From an uncultured Bacteroidales bacterium (GTDB lineage: Bacteria > Bacteroidota > Bacteroidia > Bacteroidales > S143-33), in NCBI GenBank assembly GCA_964649975.1, contig CAZYSM010000008.1, forward strand, positions 3,094 through 67,093: a stretch of DNA of 64,000 nt, read 5' to 3'. Under the pieces are notes generated by a model, which saw nothing but the letters and a program-made list of their open reading frames with translations, did no database searches and was not told where the DNA came from. The position numbers were made by a program, and so were the translations under genes. Of the stretch, positions 50,347 to 59,878 are shown one piece after another (positions within the stretch are counted from its first letter, which is position 1; every line of letters begins with the position of its first letter).

Positions 50347-51133
50347 TTTGTGCTTTTTTATTTTTTTCTTCCCGCAAATAGTTTCTTGTTTTAATAAATA
50401 ACTCAACCGAAAGAGCAACAAAAACTCCAATAATCAGAAAAACAATAACATAAAAAGCAAGGTTTTGTTCCGAACGTTTTTTGGTAATCCTGGTAAAATC
50501 AGATGTAAAATACATCAGAGGACGTGCCATAGAGTAATCTGCATCAATATATGCATCATAAATATTGGAAGAAAAAATCACGCCTACTCCCTGTGTGTCC
50601 ACAACAGGCATGGTGTTTTTTATAACATTGCGTAACAAATTACCTTTTATCTCTTTACGTGTAATAACCTGTCTTCTGTATAAAACCAGCAGAGGTGATC
50701 GGTACTTGTAATAATAAACCAAACCTTTTTTGAATTTATTAAAGTCCTCAAAAGATTTAGCCCTCAATGTAATTTCCAGAAGATTCTGGAAACGCGTCCT
50801 TATCATTGAAATATTGCTCACACCCATATAAATAAAAGTGGTAGAATCCTGATTAAAATTACTTCGCACCCATGAAGTATCGCTAATTTTTGAACTAATA
50901 CTCAGAAGGTCGGTATAAAGAGCATTGATATTTGGTTCCATATTATGGGCATTATATAAAAGTCCCGTACCTACATATATCTTTGCTTCATAATATTTAA
51001 CCGGATTATTTCTCTTTTGAAAAATTCCATAAATAATTCCTATAATTGCAAACAATAATATAATCCAAAAATATTTTTTCGTAAACTTATAAAGCTCGGC
51101 AATTAGTTCAATAATTGTATATTCCTTCATCAC
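50336..51133 (-). CDS. hypothetical bitopic membrane protein (N- and C-terminal TM helices, Wzz/PCP-like topology)
   Basis: 265 aa. TM1 is YFWIILLFAIIGIIYGIF and TM2 is LAFYVIVFLIIGVFVALSVELF, followed by a basic tail. Its stop overlaps the downstream lipoprotein start by 11 nt. Confidence 0.45.
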   Translation of the reverse strand: MMKEYTIIELIAELYKFTKKYFWIILLFAIIGIIYGIFQKRNNPVKYYEAKIYVGTGLLYNAHNMEPNINALYTDLLSISSKISDTSWVRSNFNQDSTTFIYMGVSNISMIRTRFQNLLEITLRAKSFEDFNKFKKGLVYYYKYRSPLLVLYRRQVITRKEIKGNLLRNVIKNTMPVVDTQGVGVIFSSNIYDAYIDADYSMARPLMYFTSDFTRITKKRSEQNLAFYVIVFLIIGVFVALSVELFIKTRNYLREEKNKKAQNEE

Positions 51134-51201
51134 AACCGTCGTTTTTATATATCAGATTACAAAATAAACCTTTTTTTTGATTTATTAAAAATTTTAAACA
51201 A

Positions 51202-51987
51202 ATGGATGAAACTTATTTTATTGATACACATGCACATCTGTTTTGGGAAAGTTTTGACAATGACCGCCAGGAGGTCATCCGCCGCGCAATGGAAAACAAT
51301 GTCAGAAAAATCATTTTGCCCAATGTTGATCAGCAATCCATAGATCTACTGAAAAAAACAGTTGCTCTGGCACCAGATAACCTGTTCCCTCTGATAGGCT
51401 TACATCCTTCTTCGGTCAAAGACGACTATCAGGAGATTTTAAAAGTGATAGAACAGGAACTCACAGAAAATAAATATTATGGCATAGGCGAAATAGGCAT
51501 AGATTTGTATTGGCCAGAGAACCGCAAATTCCGGCAGCAACAGGAACAAGCTTTCAGACTACAACTACAAATGGCGAAAGAACTCAATCTGCCAGTAGTT
51601 ATACATACCCGCGACTCATTTGATATAACATACCAGATAGTGAAAGAAGAAAATTCTGACAGGCTGCGTGGAATATTCCACTGCTTCACTGGCACCTCTG
51701 AACAAGCTCTTGCAATAGCTGATCTGGGAGATTTTTATATCGGGATAGGCGGTGTTATAACCTTCAAAAATTCAAAACTGGGTGAAAGAATAAAAGACAT
51801 TCCTCTGGACTACATGGTGCTGGAAACAGACTCTCCTTTTCTGACGCCGCATCCTCACCGTGGCAAAAGAAATGAAAGCGCATATATTCCACTTATTGCT
51901 CAAAAACTGGCCGAAGTTAAAAACACATCTGTGGAAGAAGTTGCAACCATCACAACCCGCAATGCCGAAAAATTATTCGGAATCTGA
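51202..51987 (+). CDS. TatD family metal-dependent hydrolase
   Basis: 261 aa. Contains YFIDTHAHL, GEIGIDLYW, VVIHTRDS, LETDSPFLTP. Confidence 0.9.
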   Translation: MDETYFIDTHAHLFWESFDNDRQEVIRRAMENNVRKIILPNVDQQSIDLLKKTVALAPDNLFPLIGLHPSSVKDDYQEILKVIEQELTENKYYGIGEIGIDLYWPENRKFRQQQEQAFRLQLQMAKELNLPVVIHTRDSFDITYQIVKEENSDRLRGIFHCFTGTSEQALAIADLGDFYIGIGGVITFKNSKLGERIKDIPLDYMVLETDSPFLTPHPHRGKRNESAYIPLIAQKLAEVKNTSVEEVATITTRNAEKLFGI

Positions 51988-52065
51988 AAACGTATGCAAA
52001 AACCTCATTTAATTTTCAGATAAAAAATTCTTATTTTGTTAAAGCAAATCAAAAAAAGAAAGGCT

Positions 52066-53256
52066 ATGTTAAGCATAAGAGATTACGATTTTACAGGAAA
52101 AAAGGCTCTTATCCGTGTGGATTTCAACGTGCCACTGGATGAAAATTTCAACGTAACGGACGATACCCGTATCCGGGCTGCTGCCCCTACAATCAAGCTG
52201 GTATTGGAAAAAGGCGGTGCAGCAATATTAATGTCTCACATGGGGCGTCCGAAAGGAGAGCGTCTGGAAAAATTCAGCCTCAAACACATTGTACCCAAAG
52301 TAAGTGAAATCCTTGGCACAGAGGTAAAATTTGCCCCGGATTGTATTGGGCAGGAAGTAGAAGCCATGGTTAAAGACCTAAAGCCAGGTGAAGTATTACT
52401 CCTTGAAAATTTACGTTTTCACAAAGAGGAGACAAAAGGTGATGAAGAATTTGCCCGTCAGCTGGCCAGTTTAGCAGACGTTTATATCAACGACGCCTTT
52501 GGTACTGCACACCGTGCTCACGCTTCCACAGCCATTGTAGCCAAATTCGTCAAAGACAAGATGTTCGGACTGCTGATGGAAAAAGAAATTGAAAGCCTCA
52601 ATCGCGTACTCAAGGATACTAAACGTCCGTTCACTGCTATTATTGCAGGATCAAAAGTTTCCACTAAAATCACTGTAATAGAGAGCCTTATAGAAAAAGT
52701 GGATAACCTCATCATAGGAGGTGCAATGACTTATACCTTTGTCAAAGCACGCGGAGGCCAAACCGGCAATTCACTCGTAGAAGAAGACATGCTGGAGATA
52801 GCACGTGATATTGAGAAAAAAGCCAAAGAAAAAGGTGTTAATCTTTATCTACCTGTTGACAGTGTAAACGCTAAAGAATTCAAGGACACTCCTGAAAAAC
52901 AAATTACACCTATTGACCAGGTACCAGAAGGATGGATGGGACTGGACATTGGTCCTAAGTCGGTTGAACTGTTCGCCGAAGTTATCAAAAACTCTGCTAC
53001 TATTCTGTGGAACGGCCCTGTGGGCGTGTTTGAATTTGAAAACTTCCTGGATGGTACCCGTGGAGTTGGAGAAGCTGTGGCAGAAGCTACAGACAAAGGT
53101 TCATTCAGCCTTATTGGCGGTGGTGATACAGTAGCTGCTGTCAATAAGCTGGGTCTGGCTCCACGCATGAGCTATATCTCAACTGGTGGCGGAGCTCTCC
53201 TTGAATACATTGAAGGCAAACAACTACCTGGTATAAAAGCTATTCTGGAAGGATAA
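52066..53256 (+). CDS. pgk: phosphoglycerate kinase
   Basis: 396 aa from Met11: [59 protein letters not shown]. Confidence 0.97.
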   Translation: MLSIRDYDFTGKKALIRVDFNVPLDENFNVTDDTRIRAAAPTIKLVLEKGGAAILMSHMGRPKGERLEKFSLKHIVPKVSEILGTEVKFAPDCIGQEVEAMVKDLKPGEVLLLENLRFHKEETKGDEEFARQLASLADVYINDAFGTAHRAHASTAIVAKFVKDKMFGLLMEKEIESLNRVLKDTKRPFTAIIAGSKVSTKITVIESLIEKVDNLIIGGAMTYTFVKARGGQTGNSLVEEDMLEIARDIEKKAKEKGVNLYLPVDSVNAKEFKDTPEKQITPIDQVPEGWMGLDIGPKSVELFAEVIKNSATILWNGPVGVFEFENFLDGTRGVGEAVAEATDKGSFSLIGGGDTVAAVNKLGLAPRMSYISTGGGALLEYIEGKQLPGIKAILEG

Positions 53257-53260
53257 ATAA

Positions 53261-53290
53261 AAAAGCCCGCTTTTTTGGCGGGCTTTTTTA
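53261..53290 (+). terminator. intrinsic terminator after pgk
   Basis: AAAAGCCCGCttttttgGCGGGCTTTTTT. Confidence 0.8.
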
Positions 53291-53318
53291 TTTTTGTATA
53301 AACACAAATCTACTATTT

Positions 53319-53930
53319 ATGGCAAATGAATATAACAAACTGACAGCCAAAATCTATGACCCTGTACTTGATCCATTCATTAAAGACCTGAGGAAGAGAG
53401 TAGTAATTGAGGCAAAACGCCTGGGAGCAAAAAAAATCATTGACCTCTGCTGTGGTACAGGTCATCAATTAAAATTTTTCAATACCAAAGATTTTGAGCA
53501 AGTTATAGGTATAGATTTATCTCCACACATGGTTGAAATAGCTGAAAAATACAAGGTTAACTGTACTGTGGGAGATGCTACACAAACACCTTTTGAAGAC
53601 AATTCCTTTGATTTGGCTATGGTTAGTTTTGCCCTACACGAAAAACCATGGGACCTTGCAAAATCTATTGTAGATGAAGCTTACCGTATTGTCCGGCCAC
53701 AGGGGCATTTCCTCGTAGTGGATTATATCCGTAACAATAAAACACACTGGTGGGGCCGTACAATGACCTGGACAATAGAGCGCCTGGTAGGCGGAGAACA
53801 TTACCGCAATTTCCTCCGCTTTATTGAAAAAGGCGGAGTTTACAAAATGGTGGATAATTTTTCCTTTGTCAAAGAAATTCCTCTGTTTAAAAATTCCGTT
53901 GGCATAATGATTTTTCAAAAGGACAGATAG
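53319..53930 (+). CDS. class I SAM-dependent methyltransferase
   Basis: 203 aa. Motif I KIIDLCCGTGHQ and post-I GIDLSPHMV; FDLAMVSFALHE. Confidence 0.85.
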   Translation: MANEYNKLTAKIYDPVLDPFIKDLRKRVVIEAKRLGAKKIIDLCCGTGHQLKFFNTKDFEQVIGIDLSPHMVEIAEKYKVNCTVGDATQTPFEDNSFDLAMVSFALHEKPWDLAKSIVDEAYRIVRPQGHFLVVDYIRNNKTHWWGRTMTWTIERLVGGEHYRNFLRFIEKGGVYKMVDNFSFVKEIPLFKNSVGIMIFQKDR

Positions 53931-54031
53931 TCTTGTTTACAAATAGTCAAGTTTTATGGCTTAATTCTTAAGAAATTTTTAACTTTTTTCAATTATTAAT
54001 ATTTTGTCTCTCAAAAGAATAAAAATCAGGA

Positions 54032-55618
54032 ATGCAGCTACTGGCTTTTTTGTTTTTCACCGGCCTGGTTGCGCTGGGCACGTATCTTATTATACGCAAC
54101 AAAGAGGATAAAACAGAAGAAGGATATTTTTTGGGTGGACGCAGTCTTACCGGTCCTGTTATTGCAGGATCTTTGCTACTGACCAATCTATCCACTGAAC
54201 AGATAGTAGGGCTCAACGGTGCGGCTTTCCGCGAAGGAATACTTGTAGCTGCATGGGAAATACTTGCTGCCATTGCCATTGTGTTCACAGCAGTATATCT
54301 CCTGCCCAAATACCTAAAACTGGGCATAGCTACTATTCCGCAATTTCTGGAAGACCGTTTTGATACTGCTACCAAATCGCTTACCTCGGCAGTTTTTCTG
54401 GCAGGCTATGGTCTCATACTGCTTCCGATAGTTCTGTATTCCGGCGCTTTGGCTTTGAGCACTATGTTCCATGTGGACAAAGTATTCGGCATATCGCAAT
54501 CTGCTGCTCTTTGGCTTACTGTGTGGGCAATAGGTATAGTCGGGTCTATTTATGCCATTTTTGGAGGACTAAGAGCTGTAGCCGTCTCGGACACGCTCAA
54601 TGCCATTGGCCTGTTTACTGGTGGTTTACTCATACCTGTATTCGGATTGCTGACTCTGGGGAAAGGCCATATACTCCGTGGACTTAGCCTTTTGTATAAA
54701 AGTCATCCCGAAAAATTCAATATCATTGGCGGCCCCGAAGCTTCCGTGCCTTTTGCCACAATTTTTACAGGCATGATGCTCGTTCAGATTTTCTATTGGG
54801 GTACTAATCAGGCCATAATACAGCGGGCGCTTGGATCTAAAAATCTCAAAGAAGGTCAGAAAGGATTAATACTGGCATCATTGGGAAAAATATTTGTCCC
54901 CATAATAGTTGTGCTGCCAGGTATTATCGCATACCAATATTTTAACGGACATCTGGATAATCCAGACAGAGCTTATCCGATGCTCGTAAACGCAGTGCTG
55001 CCTCCGGTATTTGTCGGCTTTTTTGCAGCTGTAATTTTCGGAGCTATTTTAAGTTCTTTCAACTCAGCTCTCAATAGTGCTGTTACATTATTCGGTCTGG
55101 ACATCTACAAGACATACATAAATAAAAACGCCACAGAAGATAGGGTCGTGAAAGTTGGTAAAACATTTGGCACATTCCTGGCTCTAATGGCAATGTTCAT
55201 CGCTCCCCTAATAGCAAAAGCACCTAAAGGATTATTTGCTTACCTGCAGGAAGTAAACGGATTTTACAACATACCTATCCTGACTATCATTGCCGTGGGA
55301 CTTTTTAGCAAACGCATTCCTGCCGTTGCAGCAAAAACCGGACTAATATCCGGCATTGTGTTGTATGCAATCAGCCAGTTTGGTCTGAAATATTATTTTG
55401 GTCCAGAACATTATCCCCATTATCTCCACGTAATGGCCATTCTGTTCGTATTCAACACCTTACTAATGATCATCATAGGAAAATTTCATCCTACAGACAA
55501 ACCTTACCAGATACATTATACACGCAAAGTGGATATTAAACCATGGCCACTGGTTAATATAGCAGGCATATTCGTCGTTCTGGTAGTAATCAGCATATAT
55601 ATAATTTTCTCACAATGA
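54032..55618 (+). CDS. sodium:solute symporter, SGLT-like sugar transporter
   Basis: 528 aa, multi-TM. Contains YFLGGRSLTGPVIAGSLLLTNLSTEQIVGLNGAAF. Overlaps galK by 4 nt. Confidence 0.8.
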   Translation: MQLLAFLFFTGLVALGTYLIIRNKEDKTEEGYFLGGRSLTGPVIAGSLLLTNLSTEQIVGLNGAAFREGILVAAWEILAAIAIVFTAVYLLPKYLKLGIATIPQFLEDRFDTATKSLTSAVFLAGYGLILLPIVLYSGALALSTMFHVDKVFGISQSAALWLTVWAIGIVGSIYAIFGGLRAVAVSDTLNAIGLFTGGLLIPVFGLLTLGKGHILRGLSLLYKSHPEKFNIIGGPEASVPFATIFTGMMLVQIFYWGTNQAIIQRALGSKNLKEGQKGLILASLGKIFVPIIVVLPGIIAYQYFNGHLDNPDRAYPMLVNAVLPPVFVGFFAAVIFGAILSSFNSALNSAVTLFGLDIYKTYINKNATEDRVVKVGKTFGTFLALMAMFIAPLIAKAPKGLFAYLQEVNGFYNIPILTIIAVGLFSKRIPAVAAKTGLISGIVLYAISQFGLKYYFGPEHYPHYLHVMAILFVFNTLLMIIIGKFHPTDKPYQIHYTRKVDIKPWPLVNIAGIFVVLVVISIYIIFSQ

Positions 55619-56775
55619 ACCAATCTATTAACTACATAGTTCAGGTATTCCGTCAGTATTTTTCCACTGAAGAGGTAATAATACAATCGCCAGGCAGAAT
55701 AAATTTCATTGGTGAACACGTGGATTACAACCAGGGCCCGGTGCTGCCTGGTGCAATAGATAAATACATCTGGGCAGCTCTATCCCATGCCGACAGCCAG
55801 TCAAGCATCATAGCAATTAATTCCGGCAGAAAAATAAATTTTGACATCAAACAAATACAACCAGAAGAATTTTCCGACTGGGGCTTATACATAATTGGTG
55901 TTATAAAAGAGTTGCAAAACCTTGGTGCAGAAATTGGAAATTTTAATATGGTTTTTGGTGGCAATATTCCCATAGGTGCTGGCCTTGCCTCTTCGGCAGC
56001 TCTTGAAAACGCTCTCGTAATGGGCTTGAACACACTCTTTGACCTCGGACTGGACAAAAAAGCAATGATTTTGGTATCCCAGCGTGCAGAGCATAACTAC
56101 GTTGGCGTCAGATGCGGTATAATGGATCAATTCTCATCCATGTTTGGACAAAAAGACAAATTAATATTGCTGGACACCCGCAATCTTGAACATGAATACA
56201 TTGATTTCAAATCCGATAACTATGAACTAATTTTGGTTAACTCCAATGTAAAACACAACTTAGCAACCTCACAATATAACCTGCGCAGGCAGGAATGCGA
56301 CAAAGCCGTGGAAATTATACGCAAACTGTATCCACAGGTAAATTCCTTGCGTGATGTCTCGGAACAAATGCTGGAAGCAACTAAAAATCTAATGCCCGCA
56401 GAAATTTATAACAGATCCCTGTTTGTAGTTCAGGAAATAGAAAGGGTTTACCAGGCCAAACAGGCTATTATACAAAAAGAATGGATAAAAGCCGGAGAAT
56501 TGCTTTATCAATCACATAAGGGGCTCAGTAATTTATATCAAGTAAGCTGCGAAGAACTGGATTTCCTTGTGGAAAAAGCCATGGAACATCCAGCTGTAGT
56601 GGGTAGCAGAATGATGGGTGGAGGTTTTGGCGGATGCACATTAAACCTTGTAGAAAAATCCCAGACAGACAACTTTGGTGACTATATCAGAAATATTTAC
56701 CAAAAGCAATTCAATTTTTCCGCTGAAATATATAAGGTAAATCTTTCCGAAGGCACCGAAGAAATCTCCGGCTAA
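55615..56775 (+). CDS. galK: galactokinase
   Basis: 386 aa. Signature PGRINFIGEHVDYNQGPVLP; GHMP motif GGNIPIGAGLASSAALE; MMGGGFGGCTLNLV. Confidence 0.95.
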   Translation: MNQSINYIVQVFRQYFSTEEVIIQSPGRINFIGEHVDYNQGPVLPGAIDKYIWAALSHADSQSSIIAINSGRKINFDIKQIQPEEFSDWGLYIIGVIKELQNLGAEIGNFNMVFGGNIPIGAGLASSAALENALVMGLNTLFDLGLDKKAMILVSQRAEHNYVGVRCGIMDQFSSMFGQKDKLILLDTRNLEHEYIDFKSDNYELILVNSNVKHNLATSQYNLRRQECDKAVEIIRKLYPQVNSLRDVSEQMLEATKNLMPAEIYNRSLFVVQEIERVYQAKQAIIQKEWIKAGELLYQSHKGLSNLYQVSCEELDFLVEKAMEHPAVVGSRMMGGGFGGCTLNLVEKSQTDNFGDYIRNIYQKQFNFSAEIYKVNLSEGTEEISG

Positions 56776-57434
56776 GATAAAAAATCATCTATAGCCTCGT
56801 TGAGGAAACGGTTATACTCATACATTGTCCGGAATATTTCCAGAACTTTTATCTTCAATGACGAGGATAATAAAATACGATCAGGCAAAGTGGCACTCAC
56901 TGTATAGTCCTTAAATTTCAGCAAATCAATATACGGAAAACCAGCCTCAAACCCTCGGGGCGCTTTTTTTAGTTTTCTGCCTTCTATGTTCCCAAAAACT
57001 TTTTTAAACTGCGGATTATGGATTATCCTGAGAAATTCCTCGGGATTATTATAAATTTTGGTTCGTACGGCATCAAGTATCTCTTTTGAGGGATGCCACA
57101 GCCCACCACCGGCAAAAGCTGAACCTGGTTGAAAATGAAAATAATATCCTGAATAAACGGATTTTCTTCCGCCCATAGCAATAAAAGCCCCAAAATTATC
57201 TTTATAAGGTGGTTTATCCTTGCAAAAACGGGCATCACGATATATCCGGTAGATACAATCCTTAGCATCAAGCCCACGGATTCGTGCATCAAACTTCTCT
57301 ATGTCATTAATTAAAGCCTGCACAAAAGAAGTAAACTCCTCTAAGGCCAATCTGTATTCGGCTTTATGTTCATTAAACCACTCACGATTATTGTTTTCCG
57401 CCAAAGACTTCAGAAATTTATATGCTGTATTCAT
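56772..57434 (-). CDS. DUF2461 (TIGR02453) family protein
   Basis: 220 aa from the internal Met: MNTAYKFLKSLAENNNREWFNEHKAEYRLALEEF...YRIYRDARFCKDKPPYKDNFGA. Confidence 0.75.
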   Translation of the reverse strand: MNTAYKFLKSLAENNNREWFNEHKAEYRLALEEFTSFVQALINDIEKFDARIRGLDAKDCIYRIYRDARFCKDKPPYKDNFGAFIAMGGRKSVYSGYYFHFQPGSAFAGGGLWHPSKEILDAVRTKIYNNPEEFLRIIHNPQFKKVFGNIEGRKLKKAPRGFEAGFPYIDLLKFKDYTVSATLPDRILLSSSLKIKVLEIFRTMYEYNRFLNEAIDDFLS

Positions 57435-57668
57435 GTCACTAAAATCATTAATACTCAAAATTACAAAAAAACTTGCAAACAACAATAATCAATAATGTTA
57501 GAAAAATCAATAAATGCGATAAACAACAATAATCCAATAATACCAGAAAACGATAAGAACCATCAGCTTAAATAGAACAAAAACAGCAAACCATACTGAC
57601 AATTTGTCATAAAAACTTTTTTGGAATATTTGTTGAACAAATCCAGTGAAACAATAAAACATTTTACC

Positions 57669-58595
57669 ATGAAAACTTTAAAAGCATTATTTCTCGGTCT
57701 GGTAGTTGTAATGATGGGACTGACTGCTTGCAACAGCCAGTCAAATGAAAAAATTGCCAGGGTAGACACTCTTATGATGCCTGCCGATACAGTGAATGCA
57801 CGCATAGCCAAGATAATGTCCGACTATGTAGTGCTCCTGCGTCAGGATCTTTTACAGGATACTACAGTGCTTAATACTCTTGGACAAACACAATTGATTG
57901 TTCAGGACATTGAAAACAACAAAATTGACCAGGCAAAAACTACTCTGCAAAATCTCATCGGAAGCCTGGAAGTTTATTTGACAAAGAATCCCGACGCAGC
58001 TCTGGTACCAATAAATGTATCTTACCACCAGGTAGAAACTGTTGATAACATTGACACTGCCAGAGCCATAGCAAAGGCTGCACACAAAGCTATGGAAAAA
58101 GGGTATTATCAAGCTGCTAAACAAATACTTGCCGGACTGACAAGTGAGATGATTATCAGCACAGCTTATCTGCCAATTGTAGATTATTTGCAGGGGCTGA
58201 AAGTTGCTGCTGCCCTGCTTGACGAAAATCAGGTGGACAAAGCAATGGTTGTAATGCAGGCTGCCTTAAGCCGCGTAGTTGTTACAGACGTAACTATTCC
58301 ACTACCTATCCTCAAGGCAGAAGTTATGATAGACGAAGCTGCAAGGATAGATGCTAAAGACCATAAACACGTAGCACAGGTTGTTAACCTTCTGGATAAT
58401 GCCAAATATCAGATCAAGCTGGCAGAGGCAATGGGATACGGAAAACACGACAAGGAATTCAAGGAACTTTACAAAGCTATCAAGGACTTAAAGAAATCTG
58501 TTAAGGCCCAGGCTAATAGTCAGCCCGCATTTAACAAACTCCACAAAAAACTTAAGAACTTTGAACACCGTCTTTTCCCGATAAAAAAGAAATAA
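57669..58595 (+). CDS. hypothetical helical lipoprotein (possibly YfdX-like)
   Basis: The internal Met gives lipobox MKTLKALFLGLVVVMMGLTAC. Ala/Lys/Gln-rich helical sequence with internal similarity (IDQAKTTLQNLIGSL / VDKAMVVMQAALSRV). Confidence 0.45.
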   Translation: MKTLKALFLGLVVVMMGLTACNSQSNEKIARVDTLMMPADTVNARIAKIMSDYVVLLRQDLLQDTTVLNTLGQTQLIVQDIENNKIDQAKTTLQNLIGSLEVYLTKNPDAALVPINVSYHQVETVDNIDTARAIAKAAHKAMEKGYYQAAKQILAGLTSEMIISTAYLPIVDYLQGLKVAAALLDENQVDKAMVVMQAALSRVVVTDVTIPLPILKAEVMIDEAARIDAKDHKHVAQVVNLLDNAKYQIKLAEAMGYGKHDKEFKELYKAIKDLKKSVKAQANSQPAFNKLHKKLKNFEHRLFPIKKK

Positions 58596-58610
58596 AAAAT
58601 AATCACTAAA

Positions 58611-58638
58611 CAAAGGCGGGCTTCACAGCCCGCCTTTG
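58611..58638. terminator. bidirectional hairpin terminator between convergent genes
   Basis: CAAAGGCGGGCttcacaGCCCGCCTTTG: 11-bp stem. Confidence 0.75.
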
Positions 58639-58641
58639 TTA

Positions 58642-59172
58642 TTAGAACGGTAAATCATTATCCTCATCATCCTTAAGAATGTCGTCGCCCGGAGAGTCTT
58701 CACCATCTATATCACCCATTGTATTATCTCCTCCACCAAGCCACGTATCATCATCCTCAAAGCCCTCCATTAATGCATCAGAATTGTCAAGGTCTGCATC
58801 ATCCAAAAATGGCTCATCTTCCGGCCCAGACGGAATATTACCTGGCTCTTGTATAGTAGTTTCTCCAGAATTTGGTGAAATTTTAGTAATATCTTTTTCC
58901 TCAATGATCTTAATGTTATAAGCTCTTGCATCAGTATACCATCTATCGTTATACTCACGCGATTCAAGGGCAAACTGCACAACTACCCGTGTACCTGTCC
59001 TGAGATTATCCAGGGCTTCAGCTTTTTCGTTCCATGTGATAAAAGCCACTTTGCGTGGGAATTGTTCCAGAGTCTCAACCACAAAGATGCGTTTTTTCCA
59101 CTCACCTCTGGATCCCATGCCGGTTTCTATAGGTAAAATTTTAAGTATTCTTCCTTCAATTTCCAATGCCAT
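58642..59172 (-). CDS. DUF3127-like OB-fold protein with long acidic C-terminal tail ending in an SSB-like DLPF tip
   Basis: 176 aa. N-terminal about 90 aa: MALEIEGRILKILPIETGMGSRGEWKKRIFVVETLEQFPRKVAFITWNEKAE...ESREYNDRWYTDARAYNI. Then an acidic, Gly/Pro-rich tail of about 85 aa ends ...KDDEDNDLPF. Confidence 0.65.
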   Translation of the reverse strand: MALEIEGRILKILPIETGMGSRGEWKKRIFVVETLEQFPRKVAFITWNEKAEALDNLRTGTRVVVQFALESREYNDRWYTDARAYNIKIIEEKDITKISPNSGETTIQEPGNIPSGPEDEPFLDDADLDNSDALMEGFEDDDTWLGGGDNTMGDIDGEDSPGDDILKDDEDNDLPF

Positions 59173-59178
59173 TTTTAT

Positions 59179-59877
59179 TTATTTTATGTGTTTGATGTCC
59201 AATAATTCTATTTCATAAATAAGAACGGAATTTGGCGGAATGTTTTTCAGATCCTTATCTCCAAATCCCAGATAGGGCGGAATATAAATCCGCCATTTAG
59301 CCCCTTTGTGCATCATCAACAGGGCAATACGCCAGCCTTTTATTGCCGAAGATACACGGAAAACCGCCGGGGTACGCGTATAATTGTTGTCAAAAACAAT
59401 ACCATTGGGTAAATATCCCTTATAATGCACCACAACATTATCCGTCAATCCAGGAGTAGGCCCACTGCCACGCCGTAATATCTCGTATTGCAAGCCGCTG
59501 CTATGGACGTGCACGCCCGGACGCCGTCCATTTTTATCCATAAAACTTTTCCAGGCCATATTCTCTGACGGAAGCATCCGCTTATGCTCCTTATACATAT
59601 AGATTTTCAGAATATCCTCAGCCACATCTGGATGAATCTGCAAACTGTCCGGATTAGTGCCATGGAGTACCTCCTCCATAGCAGCCATCATCACCTGCGG
59701 ATTAATACGTGTAAATCCTTCTTTCTTTAACGTTTTTCCAATAGTAACCCCCAGGCTGTAGCTCACTGTATCAATATGACTGTGCAATCTGACGTTTTGT
59801 CTTTGCGGTGCATCATTCCTGCATGCAAAAACAAACAAAAGTAATAAAAGGAAAATATATTTAGCAGATAGTTTCAT
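59179..59877 (-). CDS. FKBP-type peptidyl-prolyl cis-trans isomerase lipoprotein
   Basis: The internal Met gives lipobox MKLSAKYIFLLLLLFVFAC. FKBP C-domain VVVHYKGYLPNGIVFDNN...IKGWRIALLMMHKGAKWRIYIPPYLGFG...NSVLIYEIELLDI. Confidence 0.88.
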   Translation of the reverse strand: MKLSAKYIFLLLLLFVFACRNDAPQRQNVRLHSHIDTVSYSLGVTIGKTLKKEGFTRINPQVMMAAMEEVLHGTNPDSLQIHPDVAEDILKIYMYKEHKRMLPSENMAWKSFMDKNGRRPGVHVHSSGLQYEILRRGSGPTPGLTDNVVVHYKGYLPNGIVFDNNYTRTPAVFRVSSAIKGWRIALLMMHKGAKWRIYIPPYLGFGDKDLKNIPPNSVLIYEIELLDIKHIK

Positions 59878-59878
59878 C

